A stretch of DNA of 64,000 bases. Origin: a virus. Of the stretch, positions 21,001 through 28,678 are shown one piece after another. Within the stretch, counting starts at the first letter, position 1. The number at the start of each line of letters is the position of its first letter. The stretch lies in IMG/VR virus record IMGVR_UViG_3300030085_004825, positions 1-64,000 of that record, one strand, 5' to 3'. The position numbers and the translations under genes are program-made. The notes below the pieces were generated by a model. That model made no database searches and was not told where the DNA came from. It saw only the letters and a list, made by a program, of their open reading frames with translations.

Positions 21001-21126
21001 TTTGAAGGATTTAAACCTTTAAACTCACAAGGCCCATATATTCTTACCCCTGAATACGCCTCAGACAAACTAAATAAATCAATTGACGAATATATTTCAG
21101 ATCTTACACAAAAAGGTTTGCTTTAG
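15100..21126 (+). CDS. large baseplate wedge/tail protein (gp7-like region)
   Basis: 2008 aa; IPEYLR..., LLKTKGT..GLRALI..YGIP and IKDFVPAR motifs typical of wedge proteins. Confidence 0.7.
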   Translation: MAIEISTLPSTPYIYQNFGSDTNNIPFTQPNNQPFSGSNNIEFYIFDLNNNILSENYNFSDYSILNEGQLPLTNVISSIYVDLEKQIEDRELLDGEYITYFNFFTPKIGSFNSNLSIKEISGDRKELEFISPLGNNEEVTNFIGEINSFDNSSFPYFYLNFGENKQIIGVNLISNENGNFIKLYQPLPEEFDINSNFWVVTPITDPIAYSVKIESEPFIIDETVKIKGPNFNLNIRDQVNNSTNNLSYQDLIQTTLTSSYDQVNNLLQAKELNVNIDYTNFSNFTHFSSAKTRLENFSYKVNLIEEYSSSLNILSNTTDTDTSSSKAIYESKINNIIKNFDGYDRFLYYGSSSFSWPKTTLTKPYQLASSDSNEVKNWLGNLNVNSPFYGGIILSASLFDEKNVNSLYYSIPEYLRSDPSNSQYELFIDMIAQHFDNIWIYYRDVSQKYNADNRLNQGISKDIVADAIKDFGIKLYQNNFSNEDLYTAFLGLTPNGNLFPFPNITGSLPTPTGFEYVNNLISASNDSIPLDDVNKSLYKRIYHNIPHLLKTKGTLPGLRALITSYGIPDTILRINEFGGKDKINVNDWDHWQREFNYAFSTTGSNFISSSWDCHDHFPPAFGGGANGINNQIMFRFKTNGLPTSNIPRSQSLWHVSGSGFGETAITLRYEGTAYDSASYSGSIKDPFCEYAYLDFYPDLVHSSSISASIYLPFFDGDWWSVAASRDDSTSKNFTLRAANKLYKGGDNNTKIGFISSSIINHSNPIDGWRRKNSISYFPASSSILTNYFPFSGSYQEIRYYAPPITESVFRDYTMNPHSIEGNTTNSSPSDLTFRASLGGELHTSSLSIHPKITGSWITTQSFSGSGEGFSNFNFNVTPTFLPNTEFIFFDQPIAGIKNTIGDKIRIENDTLPEGNTLSSFTSLSQTTNISQSYTPNINYLEVAFSPQNEINEDIINQIGFFDIGEYIGDPRQRSSSATSYPDLDNLRDDYFEKYTKNYNLKDFIRLIKFFDNSLFKMIKDFVPARTSLASGVVIKQHLLERNKYPQPQVSFENQIHTGSIDMVEISGGAAGVFNTFNGLNTSPYGISGTGPNNKYFLTQSWDENILTISGSAVKTYSNQDEFYDGIFSGSNLTVTTQSLQSPYPINNKAFSYNQVHYYGSQSAQITAFNEGLIFEDLFLNNVTSPQDGEILFFNETPTLALFRKTKYLKIAKVDCNGVDNTLVLGNVNKVFVFLPFYNTYIPYSLEIQNEQQNYYLYQLTEPSFFVPYADNQQVFPNQTLNYSISASTTHSFGLSPGGQLLPATEYDTVIGNTINYFDAFGGDYTFENTPNTPLYISASFLFSGTGALTASISRLIVENGLSSFQPITSSAISSPGSIQMSTTYYALNGDSLYLTAKGASSATFRTGSLFITQSRPISTSSCYPIIVEPYITDANFYNSDFNSLINNVDSYKLSTIFQDVDYTTNILTPSNFDLIISGSALKAPVQDSNYSSKAYTNIRYNGSKTTSRFLNTWSSRDIGTYGKLPAVESDKVYVAYGDMEGGWPPERMNASSFGIRYLIDEDGDVVIPNVSENSLQTVRGTFQTGERFRISSKTEGFGDPEWEYRKIIRSGNTIQPILYTQIGKQPGALWTSSIQLVDIQAISGSATANYQNNGSIGTINTQFQRDRLILQSSPFNDSLIGINGTATGIPTTFGYYEITSGILSENITLNFNINQLNLKFHKPNANEYVFATTFQLGVILKRNDDTIDVYQEEINTIIIFPDNVTTGQVNNISFQVPASILSVNDRISFEIVADMLPEIVPNNIAPLLSIEGGNYSITQTPLPTLPILAGNNAIWGYYDKTNYPYVITSSDAVSESLGALYGDSNAKQIDIPESGFNPITYPWSIEYGDEFRFEGNEDFSYTVGPIFGPNETVFTYPYQEITASRVSPTGSIEVHFNRNLPISASIDVFNLDHFLIRRYTDDASRMIFEGFKPLNSQGPYILTPEYASDKLNKSIDEYISDLTQKGLL

Positions 21127-21165
21127 TAATATTTATTAATATAATATATAACTTAAAAATAAAAA

Positions 21166-21843
21166 ATGGGATATTTAAATAACCAAGTCATAACAGTTGA
21201 CGCTATATTAACCCGAAAAGGTAGAGAATTATTAGCTAAAAATGATGGTTCTTTTCAAATTACACAATTTGCTTTAGCAGATGATGAAATAGACTATACT
21301 CTATATAACCCAACACACCCTTCAGGATCTACATTTTATGGGGAAGCAATTGAAAATATGCCTTTATTAGAAGCATTCCCAGTTGAAACTCAAATCATGA
21401 AATATAAATTAGCTACTTTACCTCGGGGAACAGCTAAATTACCTGTTCTTGATTTAGGTTATGCTGCTATTACTTTAAAACAAGGTTCTTCATTAGCTAT
21501 TACACCTCAAACATTAAATTACTTAGGCGCAGATCAATCTTTTGAAACAAGTGGTTATTCTTGCACAATTTCTGATGCTAGATTATTAAGTACTTTTACA
21601 GGAACAGGAATATCTCAACAAACATCAACTAACAATGTGTTGCCAACTTCAACAACAACTTTAGGAACAGATGTTTCAACTACAATACTTGGTACTCAAA
21701 TTAATTTAAGAGCAACTACTATAAATACTCTATTTGGTTCTAATAGTTCATTATCTGCTACATTAACTTTTGTAGGTATAGATAGTGGAGCTCGTTTAAC
21801 TATACCTTTAACAATAACTAAAATAAACCCATCAACCGTTTAA
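21166..21843 (+). CDS. baseplate-associated structural protein
   Basis: ILTRKGRELLA...ITQFALADDEIDY resembles baseplate/fibre-attachment N-termini. Confidence 0.65.
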   Translation: MGYLNNQVITVDAILTRKGRELLAKNDGSFQITQFALADDEIDYTLYNPTHPSGSTFYGEAIENMPLLEAFPVETQIMKYKLATLPRGTAKLPVLDLGYAAITLKQGSSLAITPQTLNYLGADQSFETSGYSCTISDARLLSTFTGTGISQQTSTNNVLPTSTTTLGTDVSTTILGTQINLRATTINTLFGSNSSLSATLTFVGIDSGARLTIPLTITKINPSTV

Positions 21844-21853
21844 ACTATAAAAA

Positions 21854-22867
21854 ATGGCATTTAAATCTCTTGACCCACAAGATTTTGTAGTAAGTAGTGA
21901 TTCTATTACTTCTACTTTATGGTCAAACAATCTTCCTACATTAACACAATTTTTTACCTCTTCTACTCAAGCAGCAGCTTCTTCTGGTGATTATTATTTA
22001 AAAATCTATAATACCTCATCTGCAGATCAAGAATCACAATTTGAAGTAGTTTATGCTGATGCTTTAGGTAAAGGAAGTGAATTATATAATAGTATTGTGC
22101 CTAATAATTCACCTACAAAAACTATGTATGGGCAATATAGATCTCTTATTTTAGAAGATGAAAACGCTAGTTTTACCTTTGGAACAGATAATAATAGTCT
22201 TACCTCAGATAATTTTTGGGTAATTTCAGTAGATAGAACTAGATATAAACAATCTCTTTTTCCTGGATCTTTAAATTTAACTTTATCAGGGTCAGGAGGT
22301 CAAGAAATTTTACAATTAACAGATGATTCTAAAGATATTTTAGTTAATAGATTTTTAGGAAGTTCTAGATATTATCAATTAATATCTGGGTCAAATGGAA
22401 CAGCAGGTAGCCTAGCAGAAAGTGGGTATGTAGCAGGATCAGGCTCTTATGGTTTAGTATTCCCAGATTTAGGAACAATAATTTTAAACCCTCATGCTTT
22501 ATCCCAATCTATTAATCTTAACCCTTCTCGTTCAATTAATTCTCCTGGTTTAAATAATAAAAGTTTATTTGAGTCTATTAATTTAGGTTCTTCTTTTACT
22601 CTTAACTCCCAAGAAACAGTTACTTCAGATTATGTATTTGTTAGAGCCCGAAATAGTGAATTTAACTATTCAGAAAACCCTTCATTTATATCTGGATCAA
22701 CAGGTGAAGTTATATATGAAGATTTTATAAATCAACCTCAAGTATATGTCACAACAATTGGAATGTATAATAATTCAAATGAGTTATTAGCTGTAGCTAA
22801 ACTATCAAGACCTTTATTAAAAGATTTTACTAAAGAATCTTTAGTTAGAGTTAAATTAGATTTTTAA
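21854..22867 (+). CDS. baseplate-associated structural protein (paralog 1)
   Basis: C-terminal EFNYSENP...YVTTIGMYNN..ELLAVAKLSRP. Confidence 0.7.
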   Translation: MAFKSLDPQDFVVSSDSITSTLWSNNLPTLTQFFTSSTQAAASSGDYYLKIYNTSSADQESQFEVVYADALGKGSELYNSIVPNNSPTKTMYGQYRSLILEDENASFTFGTDNNSLTSDNFWVISVDRTRYKQSLFPGSLNLTLSGSGGQEILQLTDDSKDILVNRFLGSSRYYQLISGSNGTAGSLAESGYVAGSGSYGLVFPDLGTIILNPHALSQSINLNPSRSINSPGLNNKSLFESINLGSSFTLNSQETVTSDYVFVRARNSEFNYSENPSFISGSTGEVIYEDFINQPQVYVTTIGMYNNSNELLAVAKLSRPLLKDFTKESLVRVKLDF

Positions 22868-22872
22868 AATGA

Positions 22873-23793
22873 ATGAGTATTTACAAACCTTTTATAACAT
22901 CAGATATTGTTACTTCACCATTTGAAGTAAATAAATCTTTTACTTTTAAAGGTAATTCTGAACTTACCGCTTCTAATGTTTCAATAGATAGATTTATAGG
23001 CCGAAACCGAGCATTTGTTTCTGGTTCCCACACTACAGGATTAATTACAACTCAATACGAAAGATTAGTATATGACTCTATAAAAACATTATACTATTCT
23101 AATTTTTTAGAAAACCCATCTGGTTCTTCTGTAAGCACTGCTTCTTTTAATATTGATGGAACTATAACAGGTCTTGCCTCTACACCAAATTATTATAACT
23201 ATTTATCTACTACTTTAACCCAATCTAGATATTTCCCTACAGGACCTTCTCAACAAATATTAGTTTTTTCTATTCCTTCTAATTTATATGGTGAGTATAT
23301 TAAACCTGGATCTTTTATTTTAGAATGTAATGATGATGCTTTAAGCTGGGAAACAGACGCTACCATAACTGATGATAATAATGGTAATTTACTTTCAGCT
23401 AGTATTAATGTAGGTAATATAATTTATGAACATGGCATGGTGATATTAACTCAACAAGAGTGGGGGGTTAATGCTAATGATTTAGAAAACATGTATGATG
23501 GATTAAATATAACTTGCTCATTTACAAGTGCAACTATTATCCATGAATCACAATATAAATGTACGTTACGTCAAAATGAATTTAATTTTTCCCAAAACCC
23601 AACCCTTATTTCGGGTAGTTCTTTAGATGGTACTTTATACAATTTTGCTACAAGCTCATATTTTACTCCATATGTGACCACTGTAGGAATGTATAATAAT
23701 GCTAAAGAGTTAATTGCGGTAGCAAAATTAGCCCAACCCCTCCCAATTTCTCAAGTTACAGACACATCAATTCTTGTTAACTTAGACTTATAA
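22873..23793 (+). CDS. baseplate-associated structural protein (paralog 2)
   Basis: C-terminal EFNFSQNP...YVTTVGMYNN..ELIAVAKLAQP, clearly paralogous to the previous gene. Confidence 0.7.
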   Translation: MSIYKPFITSDIVTSPFEVNKSFTFKGNSELTASNVSIDRFIGRNRAFVSGSHTTGLITTQYERLVYDSIKTLYYSNFLENPSGSSVSTASFNIDGTITGLASTPNYYNYLSTTLTQSRYFPTGPSQQILVFSIPSNLYGEYIKPGSFILECNDDALSWETDATITDDNNGNLLSASINVGNIIYEHGMVILTQQEWGVNANDLENMYDGLNITCSFTSATIIHESQYKCTLRQNEFNFSQNPTLISGSSLDGTLYNFATSSYFTPYVTTVGMYNNAKELIAVAKLAQPLPISQVTDTSILVNLDL

Positions 23794-23797
23794 AATC

Positions 23798-24247
23798 ATG
23801 AACTGGACATACAATAAAAAACAAATTGAGGATCTTTCTCATTTTCCTGAAAAAACCTTTGGATTTATTTATAAAATAACCCATACACCTACTAATAAAT
23901 CTTATATTGGTAAAAAAGTATTATTCCATAATCGCAAAGTTAAATTAACCAAAAAAGATTTAGCCTTATATGAGGGAATAGTAGGCCGTAAACCAGGTTA
24001 TAAAATAGCAACCAAAGAATCTGACTGGAAAACCTATTGGGGATCTAATAAACCTTTAAATGAACTCTTAAAATCAGAACCTAAAGAAAATTTTACTAAA
24101 GAAATATTAAAATTTGCCTCTACAAAAAAATTATTAACATATTATGAAACACAAGTTTTATTTGTTTATAGAGTTTTAGAAGAACCTGAAATGTATTATA
24201 ATGATAACATTTTAGGTAAATTTTTTAGAAAAGATTTTGAATTGTAA
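23798..24247 (+). CDS. GIY-YIG family nuclease
   Basis: GFIYKIT...YIGKK, Y.GS, YYN. Confidence 0.75.
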   Translation: MNWTYNKKQIEDLSHFPEKTFGFIYKITHTPTNKSYIGKKVLFHNRKVKLTKKDLALYEGIVGRKPGYKIATKESDWKTYWGSNKPLNELLKSEPKENFTKEILKFASTKKLLTYYETQVLFVYRVLEEPEMYYNDNILGKFFRKDFEL

Positions 24248-24270
24248 GATAAGTTTTATATCTTATAAGT

Positions 24271-25203
24271 ATGGTAAATGAACTACTAGTTAATCTAGTA
24301 AATAAAGTTTTAGGTCGAGGAAAACGTACTGCAAGAGGTAATCAAGCTTATACTTGTCCTTTTTGTAATCACCACAAACCAAAATTAGAAGTTAACTTTA
24401 CTGAAAATAAAAAAGGAGTTAATTTATGGCAATGTTGGGTATGTGGTAAAAAAGGTAAAACTATAAAAAGTTTATTTAAGCAATTAAAAGTATCATCTGA
24501 TTATTATCAACAACTAGGTAAATTAGTAAAAAATGTATCTGATGAAAATTTTACCTCTATTAAGGTTGAACAATTAGAATTACCTAAAGAATTTAAAAAG
24601 TTTACAAATAATAAAAATGATATTATAGCTAAACATGCTTATTCTTATTTAAGAAAAAGAAACATAACAACACAAGATATTTTAAAATATAATATAGGAT
24701 ATTGTGACTATGGACGATATTCAAATATGATTATTATACCTTCATATGATAACAACGGTAAATTAAATTATTTTACCGCGAGATCTTTTGAAAAAAATCC
24801 TTACATAAAATACCGTAATCCTGATGCTTCACGTGATGTTATACCGTTTGAATTGTTTATTAATTGGGATTTACCTATTATATTATGTGAAGGACCTTTT
24901 GATGCTATGGCTATTAAACGTAATGTTATACCACTATTTGGTAAAAACATACAACCTAATTTAATGAAAAAATTAGTTGAATCTAAAGTAGAAAAAATTT
25001 ATATAGCTTTAGATAATGATGCTATAAAACAAGCTTTAAAATTTTGTGAACAACTTTTAAACGTAGGAAAAGAAGTTTATCTTGTAGAACTGCAAGGAAA
25101 AGACCCAAGTGAATTAGGTTTTAAAAATTTTACTAAACTAATACAAACCGTTACTCCATTAACTGAATATAGTTTTATGGAGAAAAAATTATCTCTTATA
25201 TGA
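24271..25203 (+). CDS. DNA primase (Zn finger + TOPRIM)
   Basis: CPFC..H...CWVC, KYRNP, CEGPFDAM, ALDND, KDPSE. Confidence 0.92.
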   Translation: MVNELLVNLVNKVLGRGKRTARGNQAYTCPFCNHHKPKLEVNFTENKKGVNLWQCWVCGKKGKTIKSLFKQLKVSSDYYQQLGKLVKNVSDENFTSIKVEQLELPKEFKKFTNNKNDIIAKHAYSYLRKRNITTQDILKYNIGYCDYGRYSNMIIIPSYDNNGKLNYFTARSFEKNPYIKYRNPDASRDVIPFELFINWDLPIILCEGPFDAMAIKRNVIPLFGKNIQPNLMKKLVESKVEKIYIALDNDAIKQALKFCEQLLNVGKEVYLVELQGKDPSELGFKNFTKLIQTVTPLTEYSFMEKKLSLI

Positions 25204-25964
25204 ACATAAAAAAATCTTACAACCGAATCCTAAAAATATCAGATGATGCTAAACAAATAACATTACCTGATTCTAGATACTATCAAAGAAATGGTGAATA
25301 TTATCCTTCTATTACTTATGTTTTAAGTTATTATCCTAAAGGTAAATTTTTTGAAGATTGGCTTAAAAAAGTAGGATATAATGCTGATTATATTGTTAAA
25401 AAAGCAGGTGAAGAAGGTACACAAGTACATGAAATGATTGAAGAATATTTAGAAGGAAAAGAATTAAATTTTTTAAATTCTACTGGACACCCACAGTATG
25501 ACCCTAATATATGGCAAATGTTTTTAAAATTTGTTGAATGGTGGGAAGAATATAACCCTACCTTAATAGAAACAGAAGTACATTTATTTTCAGATAAGCT
25601 TAAAGTAGCTGGTACTTGTGATTTAGTTTGTGAAATAGATGATGAATTATGGATTATTGATTTTAAAACATCTAATAATTTGCAAACAACCTATGATTTA
25701 CAAACTGCTATTTATGGTGAATGTTATAAAGAATGTTTTGGAAAAAAGGCAGATAGATATGGTATTTTATGGTTAAAATCCTCTAAACGTAAATCTGCTA
25801 AAGGTAAAATGCAAGGTAAAGGATGGGAAATGTATGAATCTAAACGTACCCAAGAAGAAAATTTAGATATATTTAACACAGTTAAAAAATTATTTGATTT
25901 AGAAAATCCTACACATTCTCCATCATTTACTGAATTTAAAACTGTTGCTAAAAGAAATACATAA
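25200..25964 (+). CDS. PD-(D/E)XK exonuclease
   Basis: YPSIT.VL, GT.VH..IE, AGTCD, IIDFKTS, Q..IY. Confidence 0.88.
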   Translation: MNIKKSYNRILKISDDAKQITLPDSRYYQRNGEYYPSITYVLSYYPKGKFFEDWLKKVGYNADYIVKKAGEEGTQVHEMIEEYLEGKELNFLNSTGHPQYDPNIWQMFLKFVEWWEEYNPTLIETEVHLFSDKLKVAGTCDLVCEIDDELWIIDFKTSNNLQTTYDLQTAIYGECYKECFGKKADRYGILWLKSSKRKSAKGKMQGKGWEMYESKRTQEENLDIFNTVKKLFDLENPTHSPSFTEFKTVAKRNT

Positions 25965-25975
25965 TATGTATAATC

Positions 25976-27292
25976 ATGAGTAACATAAATGAAGCAGACC
26001 CTAAAAAAGGCACAGGTAAAAAACCTAAAGGATCAGGTAGACGTCTATACACAGATGAAGATCCATCTGATACAGTTAAAGTTAAATTTTCTACAAGACA
26101 AGATATAGTAGATACTTTAAATAAAAAATCTTTTAAAGCTAAATCTCATGCTCGCCAATCTCAGATTATTAATTTAATACATCAAAGAGTAAGAGCTGCT
26201 TTAAGTAGAACTAAAGATCCTAAAAAGAAAACTAAACTACGTTCTGCTTTTGAATACATTAAAAAACGTAAAGAAGCGTCTAAGAAAAAAACCCAACGTT
26301 TAAAAAAGGAAAATATTGACCCCAAGGCACAATCTAAACATAAAGGCAAAGCAGCACCATTTGGCTCAGCATATGAACCACTAAATGAAAATGCTACATA
26401 CTCTAATCATATAGATTATAAACAAGAAATTAAGGATTTAACAAAACATATGTTAAAAAAAGGTATGAATATCCAACCTTTACCTAAAGTAATATTTAAA
26501 CATAATGATAAAGAAAATGCTCAAGAATTTTTAGGTAGAACTGCTTATTATAATCCTAATAACATGACAATAGTTTTATATACTGAAGGTAGACATCCTA
26601 AAGATATAGCTAGATCATATGCACATGAAATGATTCATCATATTCAAAAATTAGAAGATAGATTAGAAAATATTTCTACTACTAATACTCTTGAAGATGA
26701 CCATTTAAATAATATAGAAAGAGAAGCATATACAAAAGGTAATATGGTTTTTAGAAACTATACAGATGGAAAAGATGGAGAAGAAGTTACTAGTTTAAAT
26801 GAAGGACCACAATTTGGAATATTATACCACTATACAGAATACTTATTAGATGTTTTAGATGATAATATGCTAAGGGGCCCAATAAGTTTAACACGTAGTA
26901 GAGATTCGTTTGTTAAAGATTGGATAGGGAGTGTACCTATTTTAGTATTAGATAAAGATAAATTACGTAATAATTATAAAATAAGACCCTATCAATCATA
27001 TGATGATGATGGTGGGTCCGAAGATGAAATGGAGGAGGTAATAGATAGAGATATTACAAATTTAAATAAATATATTATTAAAGTAATACTACCTAAACCA
27101 AATGAAGAATATGAAGATGCTTTAAAAGAAAAAGGTATACCTTATGAAATAGATAAACCATTAAACGAAAAGAAAAAACCATACAAACATAAACATGGTT
27201 TTGATAAAAATTTAGGTAAAGACCCTTTTGGTTTAAATCAATTTGCTAGAGAATTAGCTAGTTTAGAAGAAACCCCCCAAACCAAAAAATAA
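25976..27292 (+). CDS. modular probable internal head protein: basic domain + zincin + ART-like domain
   Basis: HEMIH..EREAY; LYHYT..ISLTRS..EDEMEE; modules bounded by INE/PLNE/SLNE/PLNE. Confidence 0.75.
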   Translation: MSNINEADPKKGTGKKPKGSGRRLYTDEDPSDTVKVKFSTRQDIVDTLNKKSFKAKSHARQSQIINLIHQRVRAALSRTKDPKKKTKLRSAFEYIKKRKEASKKKTQRLKKENIDPKAQSKHKGKAAPFGSAYEPLNENATYSNHIDYKQEIKDLTKHMLKKGMNIQPLPKVIFKHNDKENAQEFLGRTAYYNPNNMTIVLYTEGRHPKDIARSYAHEMIHHIQKLEDRLENISTTNTLEDDHLNNIEREAYTKGNMVFRNYTDGKDGEEVTSLNEGPQFGILYHYTEYLLDVLDDNMLRGPISLTRSRDSFVKDWIGSVPILVLDKDKLRNNYKIRPYQSYDDDGGSEDEMEEVIDRDITNLNKYIIKVILPKPNEEYEDALKEKGIPYEIDKPLNEKKKPYKHKHGFDKNLGKDPFGLNQFARELASLEETPQTKK

Positions 27293-27303
27293 AATAGTTA
27301 TTT

Positions 27304-27876
27304 ATGTCAGATTCAGTATTAAAAAAACAATTTAAAAAACAAGATGTAGAACGTCTTAGAAATCTTATAAAAGGTAAAACTGGAGCAAAAACCACAACAG
27401 GTATAGGATATCAAGGTGAAGAAGCTGTTAGTTATAAAGAAGGTGATATTTGGAAAGAAAATGGAAAAACTTGGACTATACGTGATGGTATAAAAGAGAA
27501 TATTACTAAATTAGATAAATTTAAAAAAACAGCTGTTCCCATATTTTGTCCAAACTGCAAACAAAATATGGATAAACAGTTAGATCCTTACTATTATAAA
27601 GCATATGGAGAATGTGTTGATTGTAGAGCAGTTACTGAAACAAAGTTAAAAGAAAAGGGCAAATGGAAAGAATACATTAACACTACATTTAATAAAGAAA
27701 TAGACATTAATATAGAAGAATATAAAAAGTTTATGGAAGATATGCTTTCTGAAAGTAATAATAATTATGTTACTGAAGCTGGGGATATTCAAAAATGGGT
27801 AGGAGGTATTGATAAAAAACGTGCTAAAAAAGCAATGGAAGAAGGTATTGAATATTTAAAAAATTTAAAAAAATAA
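27304..27876 (+). CDS. hypothetical zinc-finger protein
   Basis: CPNC...CVDC. Confidence 0.8.
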   Translation: MSDSVLKKQFKKQDVERLRNLIKGKTGAKTTTGIGYQGEEAVSYKEGDIWKENGKTWTIRDGIKENITKLDKFKKTAVPIFCPNCKQNMDKQLDPYYYKAYGECVDCRAVTETKLKEKGKWKEYINTTFNKEIDINIEEYKKFMEDMLSESNNNYVTEAGDIQKWVGGIDKKRAKKAMEEGIEYLKNLKK

Positions 27877-27930
27877 TATTATTTTTATAATATGTATTAA
27901 CTTTATATATTTATAATAAAACATTTTAAA

Positions 27931-28665
27931 ATGAAAGATAACTTTAATCTAAAAAAGTTTTTAACGGAAAATAAAACTATTGAAAATTCTAATCCTTTTT
28001 TAAAAGAAGCAAAAGAAAGCAAAGAAAAATTTAATAAAAGCAAATTAGAAAAAGCTATTAAAGCTGTACTTAAAAAAGAGGGTGGAGCTGCTGGTTTAAA
28101 ACCTTTGGTTGATGCTGCTAAAAAATTAGGAGCAGAAAAAAAGGATTTAATGGGTATTCTTAAAAAAATGTCATCTGTTGAAAAGCATAGACATGGTGAT
28201 TATATTTTAAAAGAAAATCTTCAATCTAAAATTCGTGAAATGATTATTAACGAATTAAGTCCTAATATAGAAGATGAAGAACATTCATATTTAGATTATG
28301 ATGAAATAGAAGATAAAGGAGATGATATGAGCATCACAGCTCGACTTGGGTTAGATAAAACTGATGATTTTTTAATAGATGAACCTTTAGAAGAAGCTAA
28401 AGAAGATGAACCTGAAGAAGATGTTGAAACTGAAGAAACTGAAGAAGATGTTGAAACTGAAGAAACTGAAGAAGATGTTGACATTGACTCTGAAGGAGGA
28501 CTAGAAGATTTAGCAGCTGATGTAGAAGGTGATGAAGGTGACCTTATGAATAACTTAATGGGAGCTTTAAAAATAGCTAAAGGAATGAACAATGAAAAAC
28601 TTACTACCCAAATTGGAAATACTTTAAAATTCTTTATAAGCGAATTTATATCAGATAAAGAGTAA
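27931..28665 (+). CDS. acidic probable internal head protein
   Basis: N-terminal FNLKKFLTE; many LxE sites; late motif at 27907-27915. Confidence 0.75.
   Translation: MKDNFNLKKFLTENKTIENSNPFLKEAKESKEKFNKSKLEKAIKAVLKKEGGAAGLKPLVDAAKKLGAEKKDLMGILKKMSSVEKHRHGDYILKENLQSKIREMIINELSPNIEDEEHSYLDYDEIEDKGDDMSITARLGLDKTDDFLIDEPLEEAKEDEPEEDVETEETEEDVETEETEEDVDIDSEGGLEDLAADVEGDEGDLMNNLMGALKIAKGMNNEKLTTQIGNTLKFFISEFISDKE
28414..28481 (+). repeat. 27-bp tandem coding repeat (EEDVETEET x2.5)
   Basis: GAAGAAGATGTTGAAACTGAAGAAACT twice plus a partial third copy. Confidence 0.9.
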
Positions 28666-28678
28666 AAAACTTTAACAA

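Noticed and set aside
21854-23793. Paralogous C-termini as a DGR template/variable repeat pair
   Set aside because: Both copies are coding, differences are not adenine-specific and no reverse transcriptase is present
23798-24247. GIY-YIG gene as a mobile homing endonuclease or intron
   Set aside because: Short, free-standing, no extra DNA-binding domain, and flanking genes are uninterrupted
25200-25964. Cas4 / CRISPR adaptation gene
   Set aside because: No Cas4 Fe-S cysteine pattern and no array; context next to primase fits a replication/recombination exonuclease
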